NCBI RefSeq assembly: GCF_009914755.1
Contig: NC_060926.1
Strand: one strand, 5' to 3'
Source: the human T2T-CHM13v2.0 reference genome, Homo sapiens
DNA: 64,000 nt
How positions within the stretch are numbered: the first letter of the stretch is position 1; each line of letters starts with the position of its first letter. Position numbers and translations under genes: made by a program. This document shows, piece after piece, positions 1 to 10,939 of the stretch. The notes under the pieces were generated by a model. The model was given only the letters and a program-made list of their open reading frames with translations, was not told the DNA's origin and did not search any database.

Positions 1-43
1 ATGATTTCCGTATAATTAAAATTGTAAAAATGAAGTTAATTAT

Positions 44-654
44 TATGGTAGGCAGAATTCTAAGATGGCCCTCATAATTTTTGCTCCTTTAAGCCCCTGA
101 TTATGTTATATTACATGGCAAAGGGATTGTGCAAATGTAATTAAGTTTCAGTTGACTTTGAGTTAATAAAAAGAGAGATTATCCAGGTGGGTCTAACCTA
201 GTCAGTCACATGAGCCCTTCAAAAGCAGTTTTCTGTGGCTGTTTTAGGAGAAGTCAGAGAGATTCAAATAATGAGAATTCAATTGAAGGAAGGTTTTCTA
301 TTGCTGTGAGAGCAGAGGCCACAGGGCAAAGATCTAACAGTGACCTTAGAGGCAAAGGTGCTCCCTAGCTGTCAATCTGCAAGAACATAAAGACATCAGT
401 CCTATGACTATAAAGTAATAAATTCTGCTAACGACCTGAAGAAAAAAACCTGGAAGTAATGTTTTCCAAAACCTCAAGGTGAGAACTCAGACAAGCTAAT
501 ACCTTGTTGTCAGTCTTGTGATACCCTGAACAGAGAACCCAGTCATATACTACCTGAAATCCTGACCTACTGAAACTCTGAGATATTAAACAGGTGTTAC
601 TTAAATTTTCTAAATTTATGTTAATTTGTTAAGCAGCAGAAGACAACCAATATA
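44..654 (+). mobile_element. MLT1 (MLT1E/F-like) MaLR solo LTR
   Basis: Starts TATGGTAGGCAGAATTCTAAGATGGCCC, contains TTATATTACATGGCAAAGGGATT and GAGATTATCCAGGTGGGTCTAACCTA, and ends TTTGTTAAGCAGCAGAAGACAACCAATATA. These match recalled MLT1 LTR motifs. Confidence 0.75.
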
Positions 655-749
655 ATTCGTAAAATTTGCTTGATAGGTCGATGAAACCTCCTAACCCTTT
701 CAATGAGACAGTTTTAAGAACACTGACAAGACAAGTAGGCTGGTTTATA

Positions 750-806
750 TTAGGTTGTGCAAAAGTAATTGCGGTTTTTGCCATTATCTTTCATGTACCA
801 ACATAA
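750..806. mobile_element. MADE1 (Hsmar1-derived MITE), internally deleted
   Basis: TTAGGTTGTGCAAAAGTAATTGCGGTTTTTGCCATTA...GTACCAACATAA, flanked by TA at 748-749 and 807-808. Confidence 0.9.
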
Positions 807-809
807 TAG

Positions 810-1167
810 CAGGGATCCCCAACCCCTGGACAGCAGACCAGTACCAGTCCTGTCTGTGGCCTGCTAGGAACAGGGGCGCACAGTGGGAGGTAAGTGGCCC
901 TGAGCGAACATTACTGACTGAGCTCCACCTGTTGTCAGATTAGTGGCTGAACTCCACTTCCTATCAGATCAGCTGCAGCATTAGATTCTCATAGGAGCGC
1001 AAACCCTATGGTGAACTGCACATGCAAGGGACTTAGGTTGCATGCTCCTTATGAGAACCTAACTAATGTCTGATGATCTGAGGTGGAACAGTTTCATCCT
1101 GAAACCTCCCCTACCCCCACTGTCCGTGAAAAATTTGTTTTTGCCATGAAACCCATCTCTGATGCCA
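810..1167 (+). mobile_element. MER1B hAT-Charlie MITE, with its 3' terminus replaced by an inverted copy of its own 5' end
   Basis: CAGGGATCCCCAACCCC start, CATTAGATTCTCATAGGAGCGCAAACCCTAT, and GATGATCTGAGGTGGAACAGTTTCATCC. It breaks off at TGATGCCA just before the expected right TIR. Confidence 0.9.
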
Positions 1168-2089
1168 CTCATCTCCTGCTGTGCATCCAGCAATAGAAGA
1201 TAATAGGCCACAGACTGGACTGGCACTGGTCTCCTTCCCCCAGGGTTGGGAACCCCTGCTATAAACCAGCCTACTTGTCTTGTCAGTCCTCTTAAACATA
1301 TCTCACTGAAAGTGTTAGGAGGCTTCATCAACCTATCAAGTAAATTTTACTACTTGTACTGGGGATTGCTGGTTTATGGGACTCAGTTGCCTGAAGGCAA
1401 TTAGGAAAATGAGGAGGTTAGAATGAGATGAAGTAGGGCCCAAAGAAAGGCTTCTCTAGGTCTGAATTTCATTCAGATCCTCACATGAATATACATAAAT
1501 AATTTGGATTTGGAGAATTATAGCATCTTCCTGGGAAAAATTCTGCAACTCAAAGTTACCTTTATAGCTATTAAGTGACTGGAAGACATTACAGACTAAC
1601 AAGTGGCAGCTTTTTTATGGACAGTTACTGAGGAAACAGAAAACAGATCAAACAATAATTTCACACATCATAAATGACAAACCTATATATAAATGAGAAG
1701 TGAAGGGGCTCAAAGACAGGAATTTGTGGAAGTTGATGGGGAAAAGAAAAGCATCCTAGAAAGTCACAGACAGGGAACGTTATCAAAGCCATCTAGAAAC
1801 CAGGGAAAAAGAATTATGTTTATGTTTTAACAGAGACCTACAGCACCTCAATAAAGGAAAATGGTTATTGGAAATTTTTTCAGGCATTGGAGTAGATGCA
1901 GGAGTAACATTTTGGGACTCCCTGAGTTACACTCTATAGGAGCTGTCTACAGCTAAGGTTTGCACCTGCACAGTCTTAGATAGCTTCATTATACTAACAC
2001 TGGCAAAATATAATATGTTTACATTTGCAATATAATATGCATGTAAAATATAGATGACATATGCTAATATTTTGAAAATCTCAGTCATA

Positions 2090-2460
2090 TATTTTTAGAT
2101 ATGTCTTCTTTCTGATAGCATTTGTTTATTCTTTCACTTTCTCTAGTTTTAATTATTCTAGTTAAAAGAATTTACTTAAATAACCTACTCATTTTGTCTT
2201 CTGAATAATATTAACTATTATCCTTATCATTTTTTTGCTCTACAGTTTTTTCAGGCTGGTTTTGTTCAAATTTTGTAATTTGAACAGTTTGAATATATGA
2301 CTAATTTTTTTATTCTTTTTAATAAGGAAAGCATTTATAAGTCCATGGATTTTCCTATTAGTAAAGTGTGCCTATTCTACAAATACTGAGCTACAATTTC
2401 ATTGTTATTATTCAGATATATTTTTCACTTCCTCTGAGATATAATTATTAAACCGCAGAA
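2090..2460 (-). mobile_element. Very old L1M fragment
   Basis: T-rich degenerate sequence resembling antisense L1 ORF2. The match is weak. Confidence 0.3.
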
Positions 2461-3414
2461 CTATTGAAAAGTCATTTTAGTAAAGGTGAAATTTGAGTCA
2501 AGACTTGTTGACAAAACTAATCCAGATATGCAGACATCTGGGCAAAGTCCATATCTGGAAAAATTACTGCCAAATGCGAATGTGAAAAGAACTTGGCAGG
2601 ATGGGAACAGAAGTAAAGGCATACAGTACATTCACACTTTCAAATCAAGCCAAGATTTCTTAGTTATGCCTATTTGAAGCACCCTTATCTGAAACATTGC
2701 CTGAACCTCTCTATTTTAGATTTAGTGCACTTCTTGAAGGAATATGAAAATGAACTTGAAAAAAAAAGTTCATTTCCTTATTGAGTGGACAAAGAGAGAG
2801 AGATTAGACCATTAAGGGGAACCAAGGTAGATAGTTATGTTTAAAGGAAAATTTCTTCTATTTTGCTAAAGTACAACCAGGAAAGAAAACAATCATCTCC
2901 CTAGTCAGTCCAGATGCTTTTACCAAGGTGCTGAAAACATAAACAAAAATAATCTGAGAAGAGATTATCTGAAAATGAGAAATCTGATTAAGGCATTTTG
3001 ATGTTAAATATGACTTTTTTTTTTTTTTACCAACTACTCCAAGTGAGTTTCTCCAATAATTAATTACTAGCATTAAAGCAAAATCTTCTTGATGTGCCAG
3101 ATATAATCTTTCCTTCCATCAAAAATAGATGGCAAAAAAACTAACCTATACTTTATTATATATACTACCCTTTTATTTTCTTGGTACCAAGCACAGAGTC
3201 TAATAAATCTTTAGAATAAACGTTTGGTTCAATACATCAAAGTATGTGTTTGAAAGGTTTCATTTGTCTCTGAATCTTTATTGACTCTAATTCTGATGAA
3301 AACACAATACTTAAATATACTTCAATATTTAGTAGACTAATCTCTCATAACTTGGAAATCAAATTACTTTTTCTAGAAAACTTAGAGAGTGTACTCAAAT
3401 ACTTTCTCAAAATA

Positions 3415-5631
3415 CAGGCATACCTCAGAGATACTGCAGGTTCAGTTCCAGACCTCCACAATAAACCAATGTTGCAATAAATCCAGTTAGATATTTTTTT
3501 TGGATTCTCAATGCATAGAACAGTTATGTTTACCCTATACTGTAGACTAGTAAGTGTGCAATGGCAGTAGGTATTCAAAAACAATGGACATACCTTAATT
3601 AAAAGTACTTTACTACTAAAAAGGTTCATGTTCATCTGAGCTTTCAGTGTGTCATAACCATTTGGCTAATGAAGGGTCATTCTTCACTGTTAATGGCTGT
3701 TGACTGACCAGGGTCATGGTTGATGAAGTTTGGGTGGCTTTGGCAATTTATTAAAATAAGACAACATTGAAGTTTGCCATGTTGATTGACTCTTATTCTC
3801 ATGAAAGATTTCTCTGTAGCATACTATGTTCATTGGTAGCATTTTACCCACAGTAGAACCTTTTTCAAAATTGAAGTTGACCCTTTCCAACCCTGCCACT
3901 GCTTTATCAACCAGGTTTATGTAATAGTCTAAATTCTTTGTTGTTATTTGAGTAATGTGCAGAGCATCTTTACCAGAAATAGATTCTATCCAATAAACCA
4001 TTTTCTTTGCTTATCCATAAGAGGCAGCTACTCAACCTCTAAGTTTTATCATGAGATTGCATGAATTCAGTCCCATCTTCAGGCTCCACTTCTAATTCTT
4101 GTTCTCTTACTATTTTCACCATATATAGTTACTTCCTCCATTGAAGTATTGAATCCCTAGAAGTCATCCATGAGAGTTGGACTCAACTTCTTCCAAATTC
4201 CTGTTAATACTTTGACCTAGTGTCAAGAATCATGGACATTCTTAATGGCACTTAGAATGGTGAATTCTTTGCAGAAGGTCTTCACTCTCCTTTGCCCAGA
4301 TCCATCAAAGAAATTACCATCTATGGCAGCTATAACCTTACAAAGTGTATTTCTTAAATAATAATACTTGAAAGTTGAAATTACTTTTTGATACTTGGAC
4401 TGCAGAATGGATGTTGTGCTATCAGGCATGAAAACATCACTAATCTTTTTGTACATCTCCATAAGAGCTCTTGGGTGACTAGGTGCATTGTCAGTGAGCA
4501 GTAATATTTGAAAAGAATCTTTTTTTTTATCTGAGTAGTAGATCTCAACAATAGGCTTAAAATATTCAGTAAACCATTAGACAGATATGTTGTCATACAT
4601 GATTTGTTATTCCACTTATAGAGCACAAGCAGAATAGATTTAGTCTAATTCTTAGGGGCTCTAGGAGTTTTTGAATGGTAAATGAGCATTATCTTTAGGT
4701 TACCAACTGAATTAACCCCTAACAGGAGAGGAGCCTATCATGTGGAGCTTAGAAGCCAGGCATTGCTCTCTCCTTTCTAGCTATCAAAGTCCTAGAGAAC
4801 ATTTTATTCCAGTACAAGGCTGTTTCATCAACATTGAAAATCTATTGTTTAGTGCAGCCAACTTCATCAATGAGCTTAGCTAGATCTTCTGGATAACTTG
4901 CAGCCTCTACACCAGCACTTACTGGTTCACCCTTCACTTTTATATTATGGAGATGGCTTCTTTCCTTAAACCTCATGAGACAATGTCTGCTAGCTTCAAA
5001 CTTTTCTTCTGCAGCATCCTCACCTCTCTCAGCCTTCAGTGAATTGAAGTGAGTTAGGGCTTTGTTCTGGATAAGGCTTTGACTTAAGAGGATGTTGTGG
5101 TTAATTTGATCTTCTGTCCAGACCACTAAAACGTTCATATCAGCGATAAGGCTATTTCACTTTCTTAACATTTTGTGCTCACTGGAGTAGCACTTTACGT
5201 TTCCTTCAAGAACTTTTCCTTTGTATTCACAACTTGACTAACTGACACAAAAGGTCTAGCTTTTGGCCTGTCTCAGCTTTGACATGCCTTCCTCACTAAG
5301 CTTAATCATGTTTAGCTTTTGATTTAAAGTGCGTCCAGGGTAAGTCTTCCTTTCACTTGAATACCTAGAGGCCATTGTAGGACTACTACTTGGCCTAATT
5401 TCAATATTGTTGTGCGTGAGGGAATGGGGAGGCCCAATCAACGGAAGATGGGGAAATGGCTTGTTGGTGGAGCAGTCAGAACACATACAACATGTATCAA
5501 CTAGGTTCGGTGTCTTACATGAGCACGGTTTGTGATGCCCAAAAACAATTTTATCACAAACCTTTAATTTGTAAAAAATGCAATATCTGCAAAGTGCAAT
5601 AAATCTAAGCGCGTACAATGAAGTATGGCCG
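3415..5631 (-). mobile_element. Tigger1 DNA transposon, near full length, with an internal deletion of roughly 170 bp near 5550
   Basis: TIRs CAGGCATACCTC and GAAGTATGGCCG, TA TSD at 3413-14 and 5632-33. Minus-strand ORF fragments give transposase peptides such as [40 protein letters not shown] and NLDYYINLVDKAVAGLER. Confidence 0.95.
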
Positions 5632-5760
5632 TATTCATTTTTCATGGCTGCTGTAACAAACTACCACAAACTGAGTGGCTTAATATGTCAAAAATTTATT
5701 ATCTCCCATTTCTGGTGGTTAGAAGTTTAAAATCAAGGGATTGGAAAGGTTGTTTTCTAG

Positions 5761-6005
5761 GTATAGAAAGATTCAATTTCATTATCGAAACATTTGATTA
5801 AGCTAATTAACATATCCATCACCTCACCAATTTATAATTTTTTTGTGATAACAATATTAAAAATCTATTTTAGCAATTTTGAAATATATCTGTGTTCACC
5901 ATGCAGCTTGGTTGAATCTTTCTTTAATGTACACATTAATCAAAATGTCACATTGTACCCCATAAATATATATAATTATTATTTGTCAATTAAATATAAA
6001 TAAAT
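5761..6005. mobile_element. Short L1MA/MB 3'-end insertion with an inverted 5' part
   Basis: 5794-5888 is antisense L1M 3' UTR (CATATCCATCACCTCA). 5905-6003 is the adjacent 3' UTR in sense (ATCAAAATGTCACATTGTACCCCATAAATATA...GTCAATTAAA). Confidence 0.75.
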
Positions 6006-6245
6006 CGGTTTTTTTTTTTAAAGACAATAGTTTGTTTCTTCTAGAGGGCTCTAAAACAGTTTGTCTCATTCCTTTCTCCTACCTTCATGTGGTTTTCTTC
6101 AGTCCTTGGTGACTCTTGGCTTGTGGATGCATGCCTCCAGTTTCCGCATCTGTCATCATATGGGATTCCTCCTGTATATCTTTGTCAAGATTTCCCTTTT
6201 GTTATAAGAACAGCAGTAATTGAATTAGAGAATACCCTAAGCTAA

Positions 6246-6603
6246 TGATATGGTTTGGCTGTGTCCCTACCCAAATCTCATCTTAAATTATAGTTCATAT
6301 AATCCCCATGTATCGTGGGAGGTAATTTAATCGTGGGGACAGTCAGGCTCAGGCTGTTCTCGTGATAGTGAGTTCTCACGAGATCTAATTGTTTCATATG
6401 GAGCTATCCCCCATTTTGCTTGGCACCTCCCCTTGCTGCCATCATGTGAAGAAGGATGTGTTTGCTTCCCCTTCCACCATGATTGTAAGTTTCCTGAGGC
6501 CTCCCCAGCTCTGTGGAACTGTGAGCCAATAAAGCCCCTTTTCTTTATAAATTATGCAGTCTCAGGTGTGTCTTTATTAGCAGCATGGGAATGAACTAAT
6601 ACA
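6246..6603 (+). mobile_element. THE1 (C/D-like) solo LTR
   Basis: TGATATGGTTTGGCTGTGTCCC...GAACTAATACA, with a 5-bp TSD GCTAA/CCTAA (one mismatch). Confidence 0.92.
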
Positions 6604-6749
6604 CCTAATATGACCTAATTGAAACTGGGTTTACATTTGCAAAGACTCTATTTCTAAATAAGGTCACATTCATAGGTATATAGGATTAGTCGGAACATAT
6701 CTTTCGGGGAGATAAAATTCAATCCATAATACTTCTTTTAGCTTGCTCA

Positions 6750-8350
6750 GCAATATTTTGTACTTTCATTATTGTAATCTGGAACATATTATATTAAATA
6801 TATTCATAAGTATTTTATGCTCTTAGTTCTGTATGTAGTGTTTTAAATTTTTACTTTACATTAATTTGTCATTAGTTTATGGAAATGCAATTGTTTTTTT
6901 ACAGTGAACTTGTACCCTATAGTTCAGATAAATCCTTTTACTTTTTATAGTAGAGGTTGTAGATATGTTTGAGATTGTCTACATTGATAACCACTGAATA
7001 GAGACAAATTACTTCTTTATTTTTAATCATTTATTTCTTTTTCTTGCCTCATTAAATTGTACAGGATCTTCAGTATAAAGTTGGACAGTAAGCAGATATC
7101 TTTGTTTTACTTTCATTCCTGAATTCCCCATTATTTTATTTTTCTAGAGATTCCATTTTTCTACTTAATTCTGTATATGTTCACTCACTATAAAACAATT
7201 TCTTTGAAATTCTTGAGTATAGGTTTTTATACTTATTAAACTATATCATCTAATACCTATTGTCTGATTCCTGAAAAACAATCATCTCAGTTATTTTATT
7301 GTTTCTAGTTTTTAGATTTTTGGATTGTGGTTGTTGTGCTTTGTTTGTTTTTTAGCTGGAAGCCCAGTCTGGGACAAGGTCCTCTGTCATAGCATGCAAT
7401 GGATTTATAGTTATTAAACTCCAAAATTAAAAAACAGCAGGTTTAAAGTCCTTGTCAATTAAATACAACATCTAAGGTCTGTTTGTACTTATTTTCTTTA
7501 TTATAGTTCACATTTTCCTATTTATTGGCAGGTCTAACAGTTTTTAGGTGTTCAGATTGTTTAGTAAAGTTTTTAGTTTTTTGAAGGAACAGACTATGTT
7601 GTCTTGCTTTATAGAATTTTTGTTTTGTTCTGATAGACCACTAAATTAATGAAGATCCTTGTTTGTGTCTGGTTTGATCATTCTTTTTACTGTTATGTTA
7701 GGTCTATTTGAGTTTTGAACTTTGTCCTTGGGCCTAGTTTTAACTGTCAAAACAAGGTATTTTTGAGGCATCATAATGAAGCCTGACATTCTCAGTGAGG
7801 TTTTTCTACTCAGCTTAACATGGAATTCCAACTTCTGTAATCACTGTACCATCTTGGTTAGTTCTGTTCTGTTCTCAGTCCCACAGCGGCAATCTCATTT
7901 AGACTTCCCACAATCTCACCCACAAGCCAGCTCATGGAAACCACCCTAATTTGATATTCCCAGCTAATGTTTCCCTCTACCCCGTACCTTCTAAAACATT
8001 CCATCATTTTAATTACTTTTTCTCTAAAATTCCAAGTGCACTAGCCACCTAGAACTCCAATATTTACCTCCTCAGGTTAGAAAGACTGTCAATATGCTTG
8101 GGTTTTATTTTCTTGCATTAAGGCAGCAATGTGCTTCCAGGTAGAAAGTCAGGCAATCATAGATCCTCACGTTTCCACTCTCTTAAATATGAAAGTCCCT
8201 ATTGTCAATTCCTGAAAAACAATCATCTCATTTATTTTATTTTGTCCAGTTTTTAGATTTTTGGGTTGTTGTTGTTGTGCTTCATTTGTTTGTTTTTTTA
8301 GCTGGAAGCCCAGTCTGGGACAAGGTCCTCTGTCATAGCATACAATGGAA
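6750..8350 (-). mobile_element. Old L1M fragments (ORF2 remnant and upstream region)
   Basis: TTTATTTCTTTTTCTTGCCTCATT, CAGGATCTTCAGTATAAAGTTG and TTTAAAGTCCTTGTC resemble antisense old L1. Confidence 0.5.
7256..8349 (+). repeat. Dispersed direct duplication of about 150 bp (7256-7403 and 8198-8349)
   Basis: Both copies run CCTATTGTC...TTCCTGAAAAACAATCATCTCA...GCTGGAAGCCCAGTCTGGGACAAGGTCCTCTGTCATAGCAT (41 bp identical)...CAATGGA. Confidence 0.95.
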
Positions 8351-8579
8351 GTACTTTTTCTTATAGGCTTCAGAAGACCAATGGAATGATTTTCATTTTT
8401 TAACCATACACTGCTGTTTTAATTTTTAACTTAATAAAAGTTATGAATTGACTAAGCTTATTTATCTCCAAAAAGAAATGTATAAATAGGTAGTCAGAAA
8501 CACCAAAAATAAAATCATCAATTTCATGAGCATGTTTTATGAAAAATAGTCCAACATTCTGGAGATTTCAACAAGTAAA

Positions 8580-9240
8580 TTTATTTACTCCTTCATTCAT
8601 TTAATCATCTTTACATATGAAATATTGATTAAATTTGTTATTTTCTAGGCATTAAATTGAATGTTGAAGATTACAGTTGATATCCAAAAGTAGTTTACAT
8701 GATGGTAAATAGAATATGACAGACGAATATGTAACATACCTTTGATGTCACTTTTATTATTATTATAATTATTATTAAGCTATGTAAAAGGAGCTATGTT
8801 AACATGGGTGAATAAATCATTAGCTCTATTTTGGCTCCACTGTGATGAGATTAAGATAAGACCCAAAGAAATAAATAGTGAGATTTTTCCTAATAAATTA
8901 AATTTTAGGACAAGTTTGAATAACTTGAAGAATTGTTGATACAGTAGAGCATGGCTGAAAAACTGGGTTTGGGCTAGCTGTAGGCCTCGTCATGTTGATT
9001 ATTAATTTAATATGGTTCTGTGGACATCAGATATTTATAGCAAGGAATCTATTTTTATCAGCTACATGTTTTTGGAATTTAACTGTTTTGACATACAGAT
9101 GATATATTGAAGAAATTAGTGGCTAGTGTCTGGGAAAATTATCAGAAGGTTATTGCTCTAGTCAGTCAAGGGATGAGGAGCTGAATTATTGGTGTAGTTG
9201 TGAGATACAGAGAATAAAATAGATGGGAGAAATTTGTTTC
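8580..9240 (-). mobile_element. L2 fragments
   Basis: TTCATTCATTTAA...TTCTAGGCATT resembles the L2 3' end, followed by degenerate L2-like sequence. Confidence 0.4.
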
Positions 9241-10522
9241 ATGAGCAATTATATTTTATGTAATGTATTGAATGCCTGTTGAAACCTTAGGTAGTAGATG
9301 CAGTACCCTAAAAGTTGTTGACAAGAAGCAAAATTTTCATTCAGTAAATGTTAAACACCTTCTCTCCATAAGGCATTTTATAATGCTGGGATCTGAAATT
9401 GTGCTAGTGTAATAAATGTTTGCCCTATCTTGATTTCTATCTTCTTCTAGCTTCCCTTAAACACAACAATGAAAAAAATGTTGGCAAATTGTAAAGTCAG
9501 TGATGGGGACTGGAAGGGCTGCTCAGGGTCGAATTGGACCCAGAGAAGTAAAATTAAGCAAATAAGGTATTTTGCTGACCTAACCTTTCCAAATTTTTTT
9601 TTTTTTGGAAAGTAAAATTAAAGGGATTTTTTTAAAGTCTTCTAGTTGCTATGTAAAATTGTATTATATATGAGTTAGTCAACCTTAGACAAATGTGTTA
9701 ACTATCGTTTAAAAATTTTTGGAAATGATAAATTATAGTTAACATCAAGACATTATAGCCTAACCTCTCAAATCTGTGACTTGTTGCTCATTAATATTGA
9801 TAACTGCTAAATATATCTCTCACTTTACTTTCCACCAAGTAGAAAAAATTGGCATTTTTCAGTAATGACCTCTCAATCTTCTCTTTTCCCTAGATCTTCT
9901 TTTTTCATGAAATTTTCCATTTTAGTTTTGAGTTATGCTTGCAGATTTTTATCTCTAATGAATTGTATGCCTTTGTCCTCTGCAAAAGTATTAAGCTAGA
10001 CATATTAGTATGCAGTTACAGTCTTCTTTGTTTGCTCTCTATTTCAATTAGCCCTTTTATTTAAATTTAAATTTGGAGTTTTATTACTATGTTTTAACTA
10101 ATTAGCTTTTATGTACACTGTGCTGTTCTACCAATTTCCCCTACATTGTTTCAGGAAAAAGTTTCTTACTATATTGCATTGCTGAATGTCTCACAGCTTA
10201 GTATTTTCCAATTATTCTTTACACACTTAACTTTTTAAAGATCTATAAAATATTAAAAAAATATAAAAACTAACTTTCAGTTTTCAGTTTATAGAATCAT
10301 TTAGTAGGGTAGAAATGTTTCCCTAATGTTTTTATGAGATGGACTGAGGTGTACATAAGACTAATTGAGGGATTCCTTTGCAACACACAATCACAAATGC
10401 CTCTAATTATGAATTTTTAAATTATAAGAGCACATGACTCATTGTACATTCTTTTTTAAAGCCTCATAACTAGTTTTGCAGTAGTGCTAAGATCCACCTT
10501 ATGATTTGAACACCAGGCAATG

Positions 10523-10575
10523 TCTCTCTCTCTCTCTCTCTGTCTCTCTCTATCTATCTCTTTCTCTCTTTCTCT
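10523..10575. repeat. (TC)n microsatellite
   Basis: Direct inspection. Confidence 0.9.
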
Positions 10576-10611
10576 GCACTTTGCATACATCAGCCCCTCT
10601 CCCGGGGCTAG

Positions 10612-10933
<322 letters not shown>

Positions 10934-10939
10934 GCTAGT

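Larger units (their letters stand above)
659..1350. repeat. Long inverted duplication (arms about 659-898 and 1164-1350)
   Basis: 659-749 matches the reverse complement of 1260-1350 at 81/91 positions without gaps. Similarity continues through the MER1B 5' end (809-898 vs 1164-1259). Confidence 0.95.
5632..6731 (-). mobile_element. MLT1 (A-C type) LTR interrupted by an L1 fragment and a THE1 LTR
   Basis: GGCTGCTGTAACAAACTACCACAAACTGAGTGGCTTAA at the left end. TGCAAAGACTCTATTTCTAAATAAGGTCACATTC...AATTCAATCCATAATA at the right end. Confidence 0.8.

Noticed and set aside
750-806. miR-548-type microRNA hairpin from MADE1
   Set aside because: Most of the right half of the palindrome is deleted, so the element cannot form the long stem on its own.
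2521-2776. Two 10-bp stem hairpins (TCCAGATATG/CATATCTGGA and AAATGAACTT/AAGTTCATTT)
   Set aside because: Short stems are expected by chance in 64 kb of AT-rich DNA, and there is no supporting context.
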